DNA of 64,000 nt from Alphaproteobacteria bacterium. GTDB lineage: Bacteria > Pseudomonadota > Alphaproteobacteria > SP197. The notes under the pieces were generated by a model. That model saw only the letters and a list, made by a program, of their open reading frames with translations. It ran no database searches and was not told the origin of the DNA. The stretch covers positions 2,752,001-2,816,000 of the forward strand of contig OZ245842.1 in NCBI GenBank assembly GCA_965228895.1, written 5' to 3'. Every line of letters begins with the position of its first letter. Within the stretch, counting starts at the first letter, position 1. A program made the position numbers and the translations under genes. Of the stretch, positions 18,974 to 29,031 are shown in pieces.

Positions 18974-19230
18974 GCGCCATGCGTCAGCCAGGTCCGCCGC
19001 TGGCACCGCGCCGCCCGTTCTGGCGCCGCCGCAAAACCTGTCCGTTCTCGGGCGATGGCGCGCCGGCGATCGACTACAAGGACGTCAAACTCCTGCAGCG
19101 CTACATCTCCGAGCGCGGCAAGATTGTTCCCAGCCGTATCACCGCCGTTTCCGCGAAGAAACAGCGTGAGTTGGCCAGAGCGATCAAGCGAGCCCGTTTT
19201 CTGGCGCTGTTGCCCTACGTCGGCCAGTAA
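18970..19230 (+). CDS. rpsR: 30S ribosomal protein S18 (C-minus type, no full Zn motif)
   Basis: [43 protein letters not shown]. Confidence 0.97.
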   Translation: MSAMRQPGPPLAPRRPFWRRRKTCPFSGDGAPAIDYKDVKLLQRYISERGKIVPSRITAVSAKKQRELARAIKRARFLALLPYVGQ

Positions 19231-19258
19231 AGCCGCCGACCGGCACCGGCCGGCCTAA

Positions 19259-20233
19259 ATGATCGCTAATCTCATCGCCGTCGTCGCGGGCATGGTCGCC
19301 GCGACGCTTTATATCGTCGGCTTGTCGTTTTCGGCATGGGGCCTGTTCCTGGTCTTTCTGTCGCCGCTGCCGATTTACATGGCCGGCCTGGGCGCAGGCG
19401 CCGTCGCCAGCGGTGTCGCGGGCGCCGTCGCGGTGATTGCGGCATTCTTGACGTCGGCCGCCGATCCGCTGCTGGGCAGCGTGTTCAGCGTCTTTTTTGT
19501 CCTGCCGGCGTTCCTCTTGTCCCATCTTGCGGTGCAGTCGCGCGAAGACGAGGACGGCAAGACCCATTGGTTCCCGCTCAACGGTTTGCTGCAGGTGCTG
19601 ATCGTTATCGGCCTGCTGTGTGTCGCGCTGGTCTCCATTCTGCTGGGCCTGACCGAGAAAGGCCTGGCGGGCACGATCCGCTTTAACCTGGACCTGCTCG
19701 TCAGCGCGCTCTACGCGGAATCGGAACCGGCGGCATACGCCGATATCGTCGATCAGTGGGACAGCCTGGTATTTGGGGCCGTGATCGCAACGGTCATGGC
19801 CAGCCAAGCCTGTTGCGGCGCCCTGGCCCAGGGTTTGCTGGTGAACACAGGCCGGAATCTTAGGCCCAGCCCCTCATTCTGGCGCCTTGAGATGCCAAAC
19901 TGGACCGCGATTGCCGGCATTTTGTGCCTATTGGTCGCCTTTCTGGCCGAGGACATATTCGGGAGCGCGACATGGGTGCTGTTCGTCACCTATGTCGCGA
20001 CCGGATTTACACTGGTTTTTGTGGTCGGATTCCTGCTACAGGGGCTCGCCGTGATGCACGCGCTGACGCGCGGCCTGTCGTTTCAGTTTCTGATTCTGAC
20101 CGGCGTCTACATGATTGTCGTCGTGTTTCAGCCCTTCGGGGCCCTGACATTCGCCGCCTTAGGGCTGGCAGACCGCTGGGGCAATCTCCGTGAGCGTTTT
20201 GGCCCGGGGCTTGACCTAGAGATGGAGGACTAG
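19259..20233 (+). CDS. DUF2232 family membrane protein
   Basis: Polytopic; LSPLP and QGLAVMH motifs; canonical position between rpsR and rplI. Confidence 0.85.
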   Translation: MIANLIAVVAGMVAATLYIVGLSFSAWGLFLVFLSPLPIYMAGLGAGAVASGVAGAVAVIAAFLTSAADPLLGSVFSVFFVLPAFLLSHLAVQSREDEDGKTHWFPLNGLLQVLIVIGLLCVALVSILLGLTEKGLAGTIRFNLDLLVSALYAESEPAAYADIVDQWDSLVFGAVIATVMASQACCGALAQGLLVNTGRNLRPSPSFWRLEMPNWTAIAGILCLLVAFLAEDIFGSATWVLFVTYVATGFTLVFVVGFLLQGLAVMHALTRGLSFQFLILTGVYMIVVVFQPFGALTFAALGLADRWGNLRERFGPGLDLEMED

Positions 20234-20899
20234 ATGGATATCGTATTGCTGGAGCGTGTCGAGGCGCTCGGAAACATGGGCGACGTGGTCAACGTCAAGC
20301 CCGGCTATGCCCGTAACTTCCTGATCCCGCACGGCAAGGCGCTGCGCGCGACCAAGAACAACATCGCGGAGTTCGAGGCCCGTCGCGCCGAACTGGAAGC
20401 GCGTAACGCGGAACTCAGGTCCGGCGCCGAAAACTCGGCCAGCGATCTGGATGGCGCCCAGGCGATCCTGATCCGCCAGGCAAGCGACAGCTTGCAGCTT
20501 TATGGCTCCGTCAACGCGCGCGATATCGCCAATGCGCTTGCCGAGCAGGGTTACGAGATCAACAAGCGCCAGGTGGTGCTGGAGCACCCGATCAAAAGCC
20601 TGGGCATCCACGAGGTGCGCGTTGCGCTGCATCCAGAGGTCCACGTCACGGTTGTGGCCAATGTCGCGCGCAGCGCCGACGAGGCGGCCATTCAGGCCGA
20701 GACCGGGCGCGCCGTGGGCGCCTTCGAGGAAGAAGAGGCCGAAGAAGCCGCCGCACCGGCGATCGAGGACCTGGTTGAGGCCGAGGTCGCCGAGCAGGTT
20801 CTGGAAGATGTCGCCGAGGCCACGGACGAAGACGTTGATGATGCCTCGGAGGGCGCTGACGAGAGCACGGCTTCCGACGAGGACGAAACCAAGGATTAG
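20234..20899 (+). CDS. rplI: 50S ribosomal protein L9 with acidic tail
   Basis: LGNMGDVVNVKPGYARNFLIP, LYGSVNARDIA. Confidence 0.97.
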   Translation: MDIVLLERVEALGNMGDVVNVKPGYARNFLIPHGKALRATKNNIAEFEARRAELEARNAELRSGAENSASDLDGAQAILIRQASDSLQLYGSVNARDIANALAEQGYEINKRQVVLEHPIKSLGIHEVRVALHPEVHVTVVANVARSADEAAIQAETGRAVGAFEEEEAEEAAAPAIEDLVEAEVAEQVLEDVAEATDEDVDDASEGADESTASDEDETKD

Positions 20900-20991
20900 C
20901 TCCACCTCGGTTGCAATCCCATCCATTGTCCGAGTCGCGATGACTGGCTAACATAGTCGCGGGTTAGGTCTTTGTGGGGGATGCGCGCGGC

Positions 20992-22206
20992 ATGTTGCTC
21001 GCCGGCTTCCTTAACCGTCTGATCGATGTCGGCCATTTGCGGATGATCGATTCGCGCGGAAAAACGCATGATTTCGGCACGGTCGGCGCGCAGCCCTCGG
21101 TTACGCTGCGCCTGCATGATGCCGCGCTCGAGCGCAAGCTGCTGATGAATCCCCGGCTCTACGTCGGCGAGGCCTATATGGACGGCACGCTGACCATCGA
21201 GGATGGCGATCTCCGGGACTTCTTCGCCGTGATCGGCGCCAACATGGCGAGGCTCTATCGTGACGACCGCTGGAGCCGCCTTGCCGGCTTCCTGCGCCGC
21301 AACGTGTTGCGGCCGATCCAGCAGCACAATCCCGTCGGCAAGGCGCAGAAGAACGTCGCCCATCACTACGACCTCTCCGACGATCTGTTCGATCTCTTCC
21401 TGGACGAAGACCGGCAGTATTCCTGTGCCTACTTCGAAACGGAGAACAGCACGTTGGAGCAGGCCCAATCCGACAAGAAGCGCCATTTGGCTTCCAAGAT
21501 GCTGTTGCAGCCGGGCCAGAAGGTCCTGGATATCGGCTCGGGCTGGGGCGGCATGGGTATCTATCTGGCCAAGACCGCCGATGTCGATGTCACCGGCGTT
21601 ACGCTCTCGAAGGAGCAGCACGAGGTGTCAAACCGGCGCGCGCAGGAGGCCGGCCTCTCCGACCGCGTGCGGTTTCTGCTGAAAGACTACCGCGACCTCG
21701 ACGAACGGTTCGACCGCATCGTCTCGGTCGGCATGTTCGAGCATGTCGGCGCCGGGCACTATGTCGAGTTCTTCCGCAAGGTCCGCAGCCTCTTGACCGA
21801 TGACGGCGTGTGCGTGCTGCATTCGATCGGACGCTTCAGCGAGCCCGGCAACACGAACCCCTGGCTTCGGAAGTACATCTTCCCGGGCGGTTACACGCCT
21901 GCGCTTTCCGAGGTCATGACGGCGTTCGAACGCACGCACCTCATCTCAACCGACATCGAGATCCTGCGCGTTCACTACGCCGACACGCTGAAACACTGGT
22001 GGCGACGTTTCACGGAGAACCGCGACCGTATTCGCGAACTCTATGACGAACGCTTCTGCCGGATGTGGGAGTTCTACCTGCTGGCCTGCGAGAACGCGTT
22101 CCGCAACGACGACCAGATGGTCTTCCAGCTGCAGTTCTCCAAAAAGCTGATGACCGTGCCCCTGACCCGCGACTACATGGTCGATTGGGAACGCGCCCAC
22201 GGCTAG
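20992..22206 (+). CDS. cfa: Cyclopropane-fatty-acyl-phospholipid synthase family methyltransferase
   Basis: NVAHHYDL, QYSCAYF, LDIGSGWGG, SVGMFEHVG, KYIFPGG, FCRMWEFYL. Confidence 0.9.
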   Translation: MLLAGFLNRLIDVGHLRMIDSRGKTHDFGTVGAQPSVTLRLHDAALERKLLMNPRLYVGEAYMDGTLTIEDGDLRDFFAVIGANMARLYRDDRWSRLAGFLRRNVLRPIQQHNPVGKAQKNVAHHYDLSDDLFDLFLDEDRQYSCAYFETENSTLEQAQSDKKRHLASKMLLQPGQKVLDIGSGWGGMGIYLAKTADVDVTGVTLSKEQHEVSNRRAQEAGLSDRVRFLLKDYRDLDERFDRIVSVGMFEHVGAGHYVEFFRKVRSLLTDDGVCVLHSIGRFSEPGNTNPWLRKYIFPGGYTPALSEVMTAFERTHLISTDIEILRVHYADTLKHWWRRFTENRDRIRELYDERFCRMWEFYLLACENAFRNDDQMVFQLQFSKKLMTVPLTRDYMVDWERAHG

Positions 22207-22250
22207 TCGTTTCTTCTTTCGAAAACGAAGGCTGGGACGTCCGTGGGAAG

Positions 22251-22375
22251 CCCCCTCACCCAGCTCCGGCTAGGGCGCTGCCGCGCCCAAGTCTGCACAA
22301 CCATCTCCTTCATTGGGGAGAGGGAAACAAAGACGAGCTCCCTCTCTCCTTGAGGGAGAGGGCCGGGGTGAGGGG
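22251..22375. repeat. REP/RPE-like palindromic element (two inverted units) between convergent genes
   Basis: CCCCTCACCC...GGGTGAGGGG terminal inverted repeat with internal CCCTCTC..GAGAGGG hairpins. Confidence 0.7.
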
Positions 22376-22430
22376 TCGCGCGTCAGCGCGCAGAAAGATC
22401 GACGATCAAAACGGCGCCGTCGGTGAAAAG

Positions 22431-23228
22431 CTAACGCGGCACGGTTCTATCGAGGAAATCCAGCAACAACGTGTTGACCATGTCCGCGCCTTCGGTGGTC
22501 GGCAGGTGCCTGAGGCCCTCAAGGATGATGCATTCCGCACGCGGTATCGCGGCCGCCATGGCTTGCGACATCGCCGGTGTCGAGCCGCGGTCGAGTTCAC
22601 CGGTGGTCACCAAGGTCGGACAGGTGACGGCAGAGAGGCGCCCGGTGAGTTGCGGATCGGCGCCGGCAAAAATCTTGTAGGCCATCAGGAAATCTTCGGG
22701 GTTGTTGGCCTCAAGGCGATCGCGAATCGCCCCGACAGACTCCGGATACTGCTGGCGATAAGACTCTGACAACCAACGCTCAAGTGCCGCATCGATCAGC
22801 GATTGTGTGCCCTCCCGTTCGGCCTGGCGAACCCGCGTGCCGATACCGGCGAGCTGTTCAGCGCTGCGGTCATAGACCCCGTTCATGAGGATCAGCGCGG
22901 TCAATCGGTCGGACGCGGAGAGTGCAAACTTGAGTGACACGAGCACGCCCATCGACAAACCGACCAGCGCGAATCGGTCGAGCTTCAGCGCGTCGCAAAG
23001 CCGCGCGAGTTGGTCGGCGAAGTCGGCGAGTTCGAGCTCCTTGTCGGGCCTGGGCGTTTGGCCGTGACCCAGCATGTCGTAGCGAATCGTTGTGTAGCGC
23101 GGCGCGAGCGCGGGCACCTGCGCGTTCCACATGGTGTGGTCCAGCCCGACGCCATGGATCAGCACGACCGGCGGACCGTCGCCATCGATCGCGACATGAC
23201 TGCCGCCTTCAAACCGTTCTTCGCTCAC
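22431..23228 (-). CDS. Alpha/beta hydrolase (PcaD/3-oxoadipate enol-lactonase-like)
   Basis: LIHGVG, YDMLGHG, nucleophile elbow GLSMG, GELD, C-terminal catalytic His (LRHL). Confidence 0.85.
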   Translation of the reverse strand: MSEERFEGGSHVAIDGDGPPVVLIHGVGLDHTMWNAQVPALAPRYTTIRYDMLGHGQTPRPDKELELADFADQLARLCDALKLDRFALVGLSMGVLVSLKFALSASDRLTALILMNGVYDRSAEQLAGIGTRVRQAEREGTQSLIDAALERWLSESYRQQYPESVGAIRDRLEANNPEDFLMAYKIFAGADPQLTGRLSAVTCPTLVTTGELDRGSTPAMSQAMAAAIPRAECIILEGLRHLPTTEGADMVNTLLLDFLDRTVPR

Positions 23229-23279
23229 CCACCGCTCCCATCAGGTTCGGCCACAGTGTTGCCGCCGTGGTAAGGTTAC

Positions 23280-23288
23280 TTATCCACA
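23280..23288 (+). promoter_or_regulatory. Perfect DnaA box upstream of dnaB
   Basis: TTATCCACA, about 175 nt before the dnaB start. Confidence 0.6.
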
Positions 23289-23462
23289 CGGCAGGAGGCT
23301 GGCAATCGGAGGCAGGGTGCCGTTCTTAAAATCATTCCCCACAACACCGGACGGGTCGGCGCGCACGCCAGACGATTTTTTCGTCGGCACACGAAGAGTT
23401 GGCGCGCACTGCCATGCCGCTTTCTGTTAGCTTGATGGGCTCACTCCAGTTCGACAGGCGCC

Positions 23463-24992
23463 ATGGCTCAGACTAGTCCGCATGACCTCTCCGTTGTCGG
23501 CGACGACGACGTTACCTATCGCACGATGCCGCATAACGAGGAGGCCGAACAGGCGTTGCTTGGCGCCATCCTCGTGAACAACGATGCGATGAACCGTGTC
23601 GGCGACTTCCTGCGCGCCGACCACTTTTATCTGCCGGTTCATGGACGGATCTTCGACGCCATCGAACGACTCATCGAGCGTGGTCAAATCGCCAACCCGG
23701 TCACGCTCAAGACCTTCTTCGAACAGGATGAGGCCTTGGTCGATATCGGCGGCGCCGACTATCTGGCGCGCCTGGCAAGCTCCGCCGCGACGATCATCAA
23801 TGCCGCGGAGTACGGACGGCAAATTCACGACCACTACGTCAGGCGCGAACTGATTTCGATCGGAGAAGATGTCGTGAACGACGCCTTCGAAGCCGATGTC
23901 GACAACAGTGCCGACAGCCAGATCGAGAACGCCGAAAAGTCGCTGTTCGATTTGGCGGAGTCCGGTTCCTACAAGCGCGACTTCCGAAGCTTCAAGGAGG
24001 TCGCGGTGGGCGCCCTGGAGATGATGGAAGCGGCCTATCGCCACCAGTCAGGCATGATCGGCATCTCGACCGGTCTACGCGATCTCGATGACCTGTTGGG
24101 TGGCATGCACAAGTCCGATCTGGTCATCCTGGCGGCGCGCCCGGGCATGGGTAAAACCTCGTTCACCATGAACGTCGCGCTGCATGCCGCCAAGCAGTAC
24201 CGGGCCGAAGTTCAGGAAGACGGCACGGCCAAGGTCGTCGACGGTGCCGTCGTCGGTTTCTTTTCGCTGGAGATGTCGGCGGAGCAGCTGGCCACCCGCG
24301 TGCTGTCCGAAGCATCCGGCATTCCTTCCGAGATGCTTCGGCGCGGCCAGATCAACGCGCGCGATTTCGACGCCATCGTGCGGGCCAGCCAGGAACTGTC
24401 GCGCATTCCGCTCTATCTCGACGATACGCCGGCACTCTCGATCCAGGGTCTGAGGACCCGCGCCAGGCGGCTCAAGCGCCAACACGGACTCTCCTTCATC
24501 ATCGTCGACTACCTGCAACTGGTCAGGCCAAGCGCGCGCTCAAACAGCGACAACCGGGTCCAGGAGGTTTCCGAGGTGACCCAGGGCCTGAAAGCGCTGG
24601 CCAAGGAGCTCGATGTGCCGGTCGTCGCCTGCTCCCAGCTGTCGCGCGCGGTCGAGCAGCGGGAGGACAAAAGGCCCCTGCTCTCCGATCTCCGCGAATC
24701 CGGCTCGATCGAGCAAGATGCTGATATCGTTATGTTTCTTTACCGTGAGGACTATTATCTCGCCCGTCAGGAGCCGCAGGCCAAGGTCGGCGAGGACGAG
24801 TCGGACGCCAAATACCGCGAACGGCTTGAACACTGGCAGCAAAGGATGGAAAAGAGGCGCGGCATTACCGAGGTGATCATCGCCAAACAACGCCACGGCG
24901 CCACCGGCGACGTCGAGGTCTACTTTGACGGCGCGACGACCAAGTACACGGATCTGGAGACCCGTTATTCACCTGACGACGGACCACATTGA
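23463..24992 (+). CDS. dnaB: Replicative DNA helicase
   Basis: PHNEEAEQALLG, AARPGMGKT, FSLEMS, VDYLQL, SDLRESGSIEQDAD, AKQRHG; no intein. Confidence 0.97.
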   Translation: MAQTSPHDLSVVGDDDVTYRTMPHNEEAEQALLGAILVNNDAMNRVGDFLRADHFYLPVHGRIFDAIERLIERGQIANPVTLKTFFEQDEALVDIGGADYLARLASSAATIINAAEYGRQIHDHYVRRELISIGEDVVNDAFEADVDNSADSQIENAEKSLFDLAESGSYKRDFRSFKEVAVGALEMMEAAYRHQSGMIGISTGLRDLDDLLGGMHKSDLVILAARPGMGKTSFTMNVALHAAKQYRAEVQEDGTAKVVDGAVVGFFSLEMSAEQLATRVLSEASGIPSEMLRRGQINARDFDAIVRASQELSRIPLYLDDTPALSIQGLRTRARRLKRQHGLSFIIVDYLQLVRPSARSNSDNRVQEVSEVTQGLKALAKELDVPVVACSQLSRAVEQREDKRPLLSDLRESGSIEQDADIVMFLYREDYYLARQEPQAKVGEDESDAKYRERLEHWQQRMEKRRGITEVIIAKQRHGATGDVEVYFDGATTKYTDLETRYSPDDGPH

Positions 24993-26088
24993 GCGCGCTG
25001 CCACCGAACTGATTATTGACCTGGATGCGCTGGCGGCCAATTGGCGCCAGCTCAACGAGCGTGTGGCCCCGGGCCTGTGCGCCGGCATGGTCAAGGCCAA
25101 TGCGTATGGGCTTGGCCTGAACCGCGTCGCGCCCGCGCTCTATGAGGCCGGCTGCCGCCACTTCTTTACCGCCAACACCTTCGGCGCCATGAAGCTGAAG
25201 AAGCTTCTGCCCGGCTGCCACGCCTTTGTCCTGAACGGCCTGACCGTCGGCACCGACAAGGTGTTTCTCGAAAATGATCTGATCCCGGTTCTCAACGATC
25301 TCGGCCAGATCGAACACTGGTCGGCGACGGCGCGCCGCGAAGAACGCCCGTTGAAGGCCATGATCCACCTGGATACCGGGATGGCGCGCCTGGGCCTGCC
25401 GCCCTATGAGGTCGACACGCTGGTCGAGCAGCCGGACCTCTTGGACGGTATCGACGTCACCTACTACGCCAGCCACCTGGCCTGCGCCGATGAGCACGAC
25501 CACCCCTTGAACAACGAACAGCTCCATGCCTTTCGCGATGCACTTGCCCGGCTGCCGAAGGCGCCGGCGAGCCTGGCCAACTCCTCGGGCATTTTCCTGG
25601 GGTCGGAGTATCACTTCGACCTGTCGCGGCCGGGCTACGCGGTCTATGGCGGCAACCCGACGCCGGGCCGCGAGAACCCGATGCAGCCGGCGGTCAGGCT
25701 CCATGCGCGCATCATCCAGACCCGCGAGATCAAGGCCGGCGACCCCGTCGGCTACGGGGCGACCTATCGCGCCCGCCAGGACCAGCGCATTGCCACCATT
25801 CCGGTCGGCTACGCTGACGGGTATCTGCGCAGCCTGAGCAGCATCGGCGTGGCGCGTGTCGCCGGCCGCGAGGTTCCCCTGGTCGGCCGCGTCTCCATGG
25901 ACCTGGTCACGCTCGATGTCAGCGATATCCCCGAGGCCGACGCCCATGTCGGAACCTGGGTCGACCTGATCTGGGGACCTGATAAGCTGGATCGGTTAGC
26001 GGGTTACGCGGGAACCATAGGTTATGAGTTGTTGACCGCCCTTGGCGGGCGTTACCCCAGGAATTATCTGGGCGGTCCGCGGCAATGA
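24973..26088 (+). CDS. alr: Alanine racemase
   Basis: VKANAYGLG, DTGMARLG, VGYGATY, GRVSMD, TIGYELLT. Start uncertain (CTG 24973, ATT 24988 or TTG 24925). Confidence 0.94.
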   Translation: MTTDHIERAATELIIDLDALAANWRQLNERVAPGLCAGMVKANAYGLGLNRVAPALYEAGCRHFFTANTFGAMKLKKLLPGCHAFVLNGLTVGTDKVFLENDLIPVLNDLGQIEHWSATARREERPLKAMIHLDTGMARLGLPPYEVDTLVEQPDLLDGIDVTYYASHLACADEHDHPLNNEQLHAFRDALARLPKAPASLANSSGIFLGSEYHFDLSRPGYAVYGGNPTPGRENPMQPAVRLHARIIQTREIKAGDPVGYGATYRARQDQRIATIPVGYADGYLRSLSSIGVARVAGREVPLVGRVSMDLVTLDVSDIPEADAHVGTWVDLIWGPDKLDRLAGYAGTIGYELLTALGGRYPRNYLGGPRQ

Positions 26089-26858
26089 ATGTCTTAGCCC
26101 CGATTGGGCGGGGATTCATAGCCTTCCTGGCCGTCGCCGGCCGCCTGACCGAGTTTGCCGCCGCATCGGTGTTCTATAGCCTGACGCCGCCTTTCTACGG
26201 CCGCATGATCGGCCGTCAGATCCTGCAGATCGGCTATTTCTCCCTGCCAGTTGTCGGCCTGACGGCGATCTTCACCGGCATGGTGCTGGCGCTGCAGAGC
26301 TATACCGGCTTTTCCCGGTTCGAAGCCGAGAGCGCCGTGGCGGCCATCGTCGTCCTGTCGATCACACGCGAACTGGGTCCGGTTCTGGCCGGCCTGATGG
26401 TCGCCGGACGGGTCGGCGCAGCCATCGCCGCGGAAATCGGCACCATGCGCGTCACCGAACAAATAGACGCGCTGACCACGCTCTCGACCAACCCCTACCG
26501 CTATCTCGTGGCGCCGCGGATCATCGCCGCTGTCTTAACGATGCCGATCCTGGTCCTGATAGCCGATATCATCGGCGTGCTGGGCGGCTACATCGTCTCG
26601 ATCCACAAGCTGGGCTTCAACCCGACCGTCTACCTGTTCAACACATTCGACATTCTGGAACCGATGGACGTCATCTCCGGCCTGGTCAAGGCCGCCGTCT
26701 TCGGCTTCCTGATTGCGTTGATGGGCTGCTACCACGGCTATCATTCCGAACGCGGCGCGCAAGGCGTGGGCTCGGCGACGACCTATGCGGTGGTGTCCGG
26801 ATCGATCCTGATTCTGACCTTCAACTACATCGTCACGGAGATCTTCTTCTCGCGATGA
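26085..26858 (+). CDS. mlaE: MlaE-family ABC permease
   Basis: RELGPVLAGLMVAGRVG..AEIGTMRVTEQIDAL. Confidence 0.92.
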   Translation: MNVLAPIGRGFIAFLAVAGRLTEFAAASVFYSLTPPFYGRMIGRQILQIGYFSLPVVGLTAIFTGMVLALQSYTGFSRFEAESAVAAIVVLSITRELGPVLAGLMVAGRVGAAIAAEIGTMRVTEQIDALTTLSTNPYRYLVAPRIIAAVLTMPILVLIADIIGVLGGYIVSIHKLGFNPTVYLFNTFDILEPMDVISGLVKAAVFGFLIALMGCYHGYHSERGAQGVGSATTYAVVSGSILILTFNYIVTEIFFSR

Positions 26859-27634
26859 ACGCCACAGCCAACAAAATCGAAGTGCGCGGGCTGAAGAAGA
26901 GCTTCGGCAGCAAAACCGTGCTGGACGGTATCGACATCGACGTCGCGCCAGGCGAATCGCTGGTCATCATCGGCGGCTCGGGCACGGGCAAATCGGTGAC
27001 CATCAAATGCATCCTGGGTCTGATGCACCCCGATGCCGGCACCATTACGATTGACGGCCAGAACGCCATCGGCCTCCGGCGCCGCGAGCGCGACGCGATG
27101 ATGGGCAAGTTCGGCATGCTGTTTCAAGGTGGCGCCCTCTTTGACAGCATGACGGTGTGGGAGAACGTCGCCTTCTCCTTGATCCAAGGCCATCGCATGC
27201 GCCGCGACGCCGCGCGCGAGGTCGCGCTGGAAAAACTCGCCATGGTCAGGCTCGGCGAAGACGTGGCAAGCCTGCTGCCGGCCGAGCTTTCCGGCGGCAT
27301 GCTCAAACGCGTGGCGCTGGCGCGCGCCATCGCCGGAGAGCCGGAGATCATCTTTTTCGACGAGCCGACCACGGGCCTCGACCCGATCACCGCCGACGTC
27401 ATCAACAACCTGATCGCCGAAACGACATCGGAATTGAAGGTCGCCACGATCTCGATCACCCACGACATGGCGAGCGTGCGCAAGATCGCTGACAAGGTCG
27501 CCATGTTGCACGACGGCAAACTGATCTGGCAGGGACCGGTCGGCGATATCGACGACAGCGGCAATCCCTATGTCGATCAGTTCATCCACGGCCGCGCCAA
27601 GGGTCCGATCCACATGGCGATCCGTCAATCATGA
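26855..27634 (+). CDS. mlaF: MlaF-family ABC ATPase
   Basis: GGSGTGKS, LSGGMLKRVALARA, FFDEPTTGLDP. Confidence 0.9.
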   Translation: MNATANKIEVRGLKKSFGSKTVLDGIDIDVAPGESLVIIGGSGTGKSVTIKCILGLMHPDAGTITIDGQNAIGLRRRERDAMMGKFGMLFQGGALFDSMTVWENVAFSLIQGHRMRRDAAREVALEKLAMVRLGEDVASLLPAELSGGMLKRVALARAIAGEPEIIFFDEPTTGLDPITADVINNLIAETTSELKVATISITHDMASVRKIADKVAMLHDGKLIWQGPVGDIDDSGNPYVDQFIHGRAKGPIHMAIRQS

Positions 27635-27654
27635 CGACGTCGGCGACGAGCTGA

Positions 27655-29031
27655 ATGGCCAAACTCGCCAACCAGTTTGTCTGCCAGAATTGCGGCGCGG
27701 CCTATGGCAAGTGGGTCGGGCGTTGCGAATCCTGCGGTGAATGGAACACGGTCGCCGAAGAAGCCGCACCGGCCGGTCAAACGCCGGGCGGACTGAAAGG
27801 CAAGCGCAAGGGCCGCCATATCGCATTCGAGTCGCTGGCCGGTGCCTCGGAACCGCCGCCACGCATGACGACGGGCATCGCCGAGCTTGACCGCGTGTTC
27901 GGCGGTGGCTTGGTCGCCGGCTCGGTCATTCTGCTGGGCGGTGATCCCGGCATCGGCAAATCGACAATCGCCCTGCAGGGCGCCGCCCGGCTGGCGACCC
28001 AGGGCGCGCGCTGCCTTTACCTTTCCGGCGAAGAGGCTATCGATCAGGTGCGCATGCGCGCACGCCGTCTTGACCTGGCCGACGCTCCAGTCGAACTGGC
28101 GGCCGCGACCGACGTACGCAACATCCTGACCAGCCTGGAAGGCGAGCGCGCGGACCTTGTGGTCATCGACTCCATCCAGACCATGTTTCTCGACAGCCTG
28201 GAATCGGCGCCCGGCACCGTCGGCCAGGTGCGTGGCGCCTCCCAGGAGCTGATCCGCCACGCCAAGGCGACCGGTACGGTGGTGATTCTGATCGGCCACG
28301 TGACCAAGGAAGGCCAACTCGCCGGACCCAAGGTGCTGGAGCACATGGTCGACACGGTCCTGTACTTTGAGGGCGAGCGCGGCCATCAATTCCGCATCCT
28401 GCGCGCGGTGAAGAACCGTTTCGGCGCGACCGACGAGATCGGCGTCTTCGAAATGACCGATCACGGATTGGAAGAGGTCGCCAACCCGTCGGCGATGTTC
28501 CTCGACAACCGGGACGACGACGTCGCGGGGTCGGCCGTCTTCGCCGGCATCGAGGGCAGCCGGCCGATGCTGGTCGAGATCCAGGCGCTGGTGGCGCCGT
28601 CGCCGCTGGGCACGCCCCGGCGCGCGGTGGTCGGCTGGGATACAGGCCGCCTGGCCATGGTTTTGGCGGTCCTGGACGCGCGCTGTGGTCTTGCCCTGGG
28701 CGGTCACGATGTCTATTTGAATGTCGCGGGAGGCCTGAGGATTCAGGAGCCTGCGGCCGATCTAGCGGTGGCGGCGGCCCTGATTTCGTCCTATGCAGGC
28801 GCTCCCTTGGCAGCAACGACGGTGCTTTTTGGCGAAATCGGCCTGTCCGGCGAGGTTCGGCCGGTCAGCCAGGCCGCAGCCCGATTGCGGGAAGCCGGCA
28901 AACTGGGTTTCAACCGCGCCATCGTGCCGTCGCGCAGCAAAGGGGCCAAAGCCGGCGCGGCGCTGAAGCTGGAGCCGGTCGAGGAACTGGGCCAATTGGT
29001 CGATCTGATTCGCGGGAGCACACGCGGCTGA
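27655..29031 (+). CDS. radA: DNA repair protein RadA/Sms
   Basis: CQNCG...CESC zinc finger, GDPGIGKST, KNRFG. Confidence 0.96.
   Translation: MAKLANQFVCQNCGAAYGKWVGRCESCGEWNTVAEEAAPAGQTPGGLKGKRKGRHIAFESLAGASEPPPRMTTGIAELDRVFGGGLVAGSVILLGGDPGIGKSTIALQGAARLATQGARCLYLSGEEAIDQVRMRARRLDLADAPVELAAATDVRNILTSLEGERADLVVIDSIQTMFLDSLESAPGTVGQVRGASQELIRHAKATGTVVILIGHVTKEGQLAGPKVLEHMVDTVLYFEGERGHQFRILRAVKNRFGATDEIGVFEMTDHGLEEVANPSAMFLDNRDDDVAGSAVFAGIEGSRPMLVEIQALVAPSPLGTPRRAVVGWDTGRLAMVLAVLDARCGLALGGHDVYLNVAGGLRIQEPAADLAVAAALISSYAGAPLAATTVLFGEIGLSGEVRPVSQAAARLREAGKLGFNRAIVPSRSKGAKAGAALKLEPVEELGQLVDLIRGSTRG

Noticed and set aside
23229-23462. Replication origin
   Set aside because: Only one perfect DnaA box, no AT-rich unwinding element, and not the usual oriC gene context.
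23463-24992. Intein in DnaB
   Set aside because: The length (509 aa) and continuous motifs leave no room for one. The short insert before AKQRHG is typical of alphaproteobacterial DnaB.
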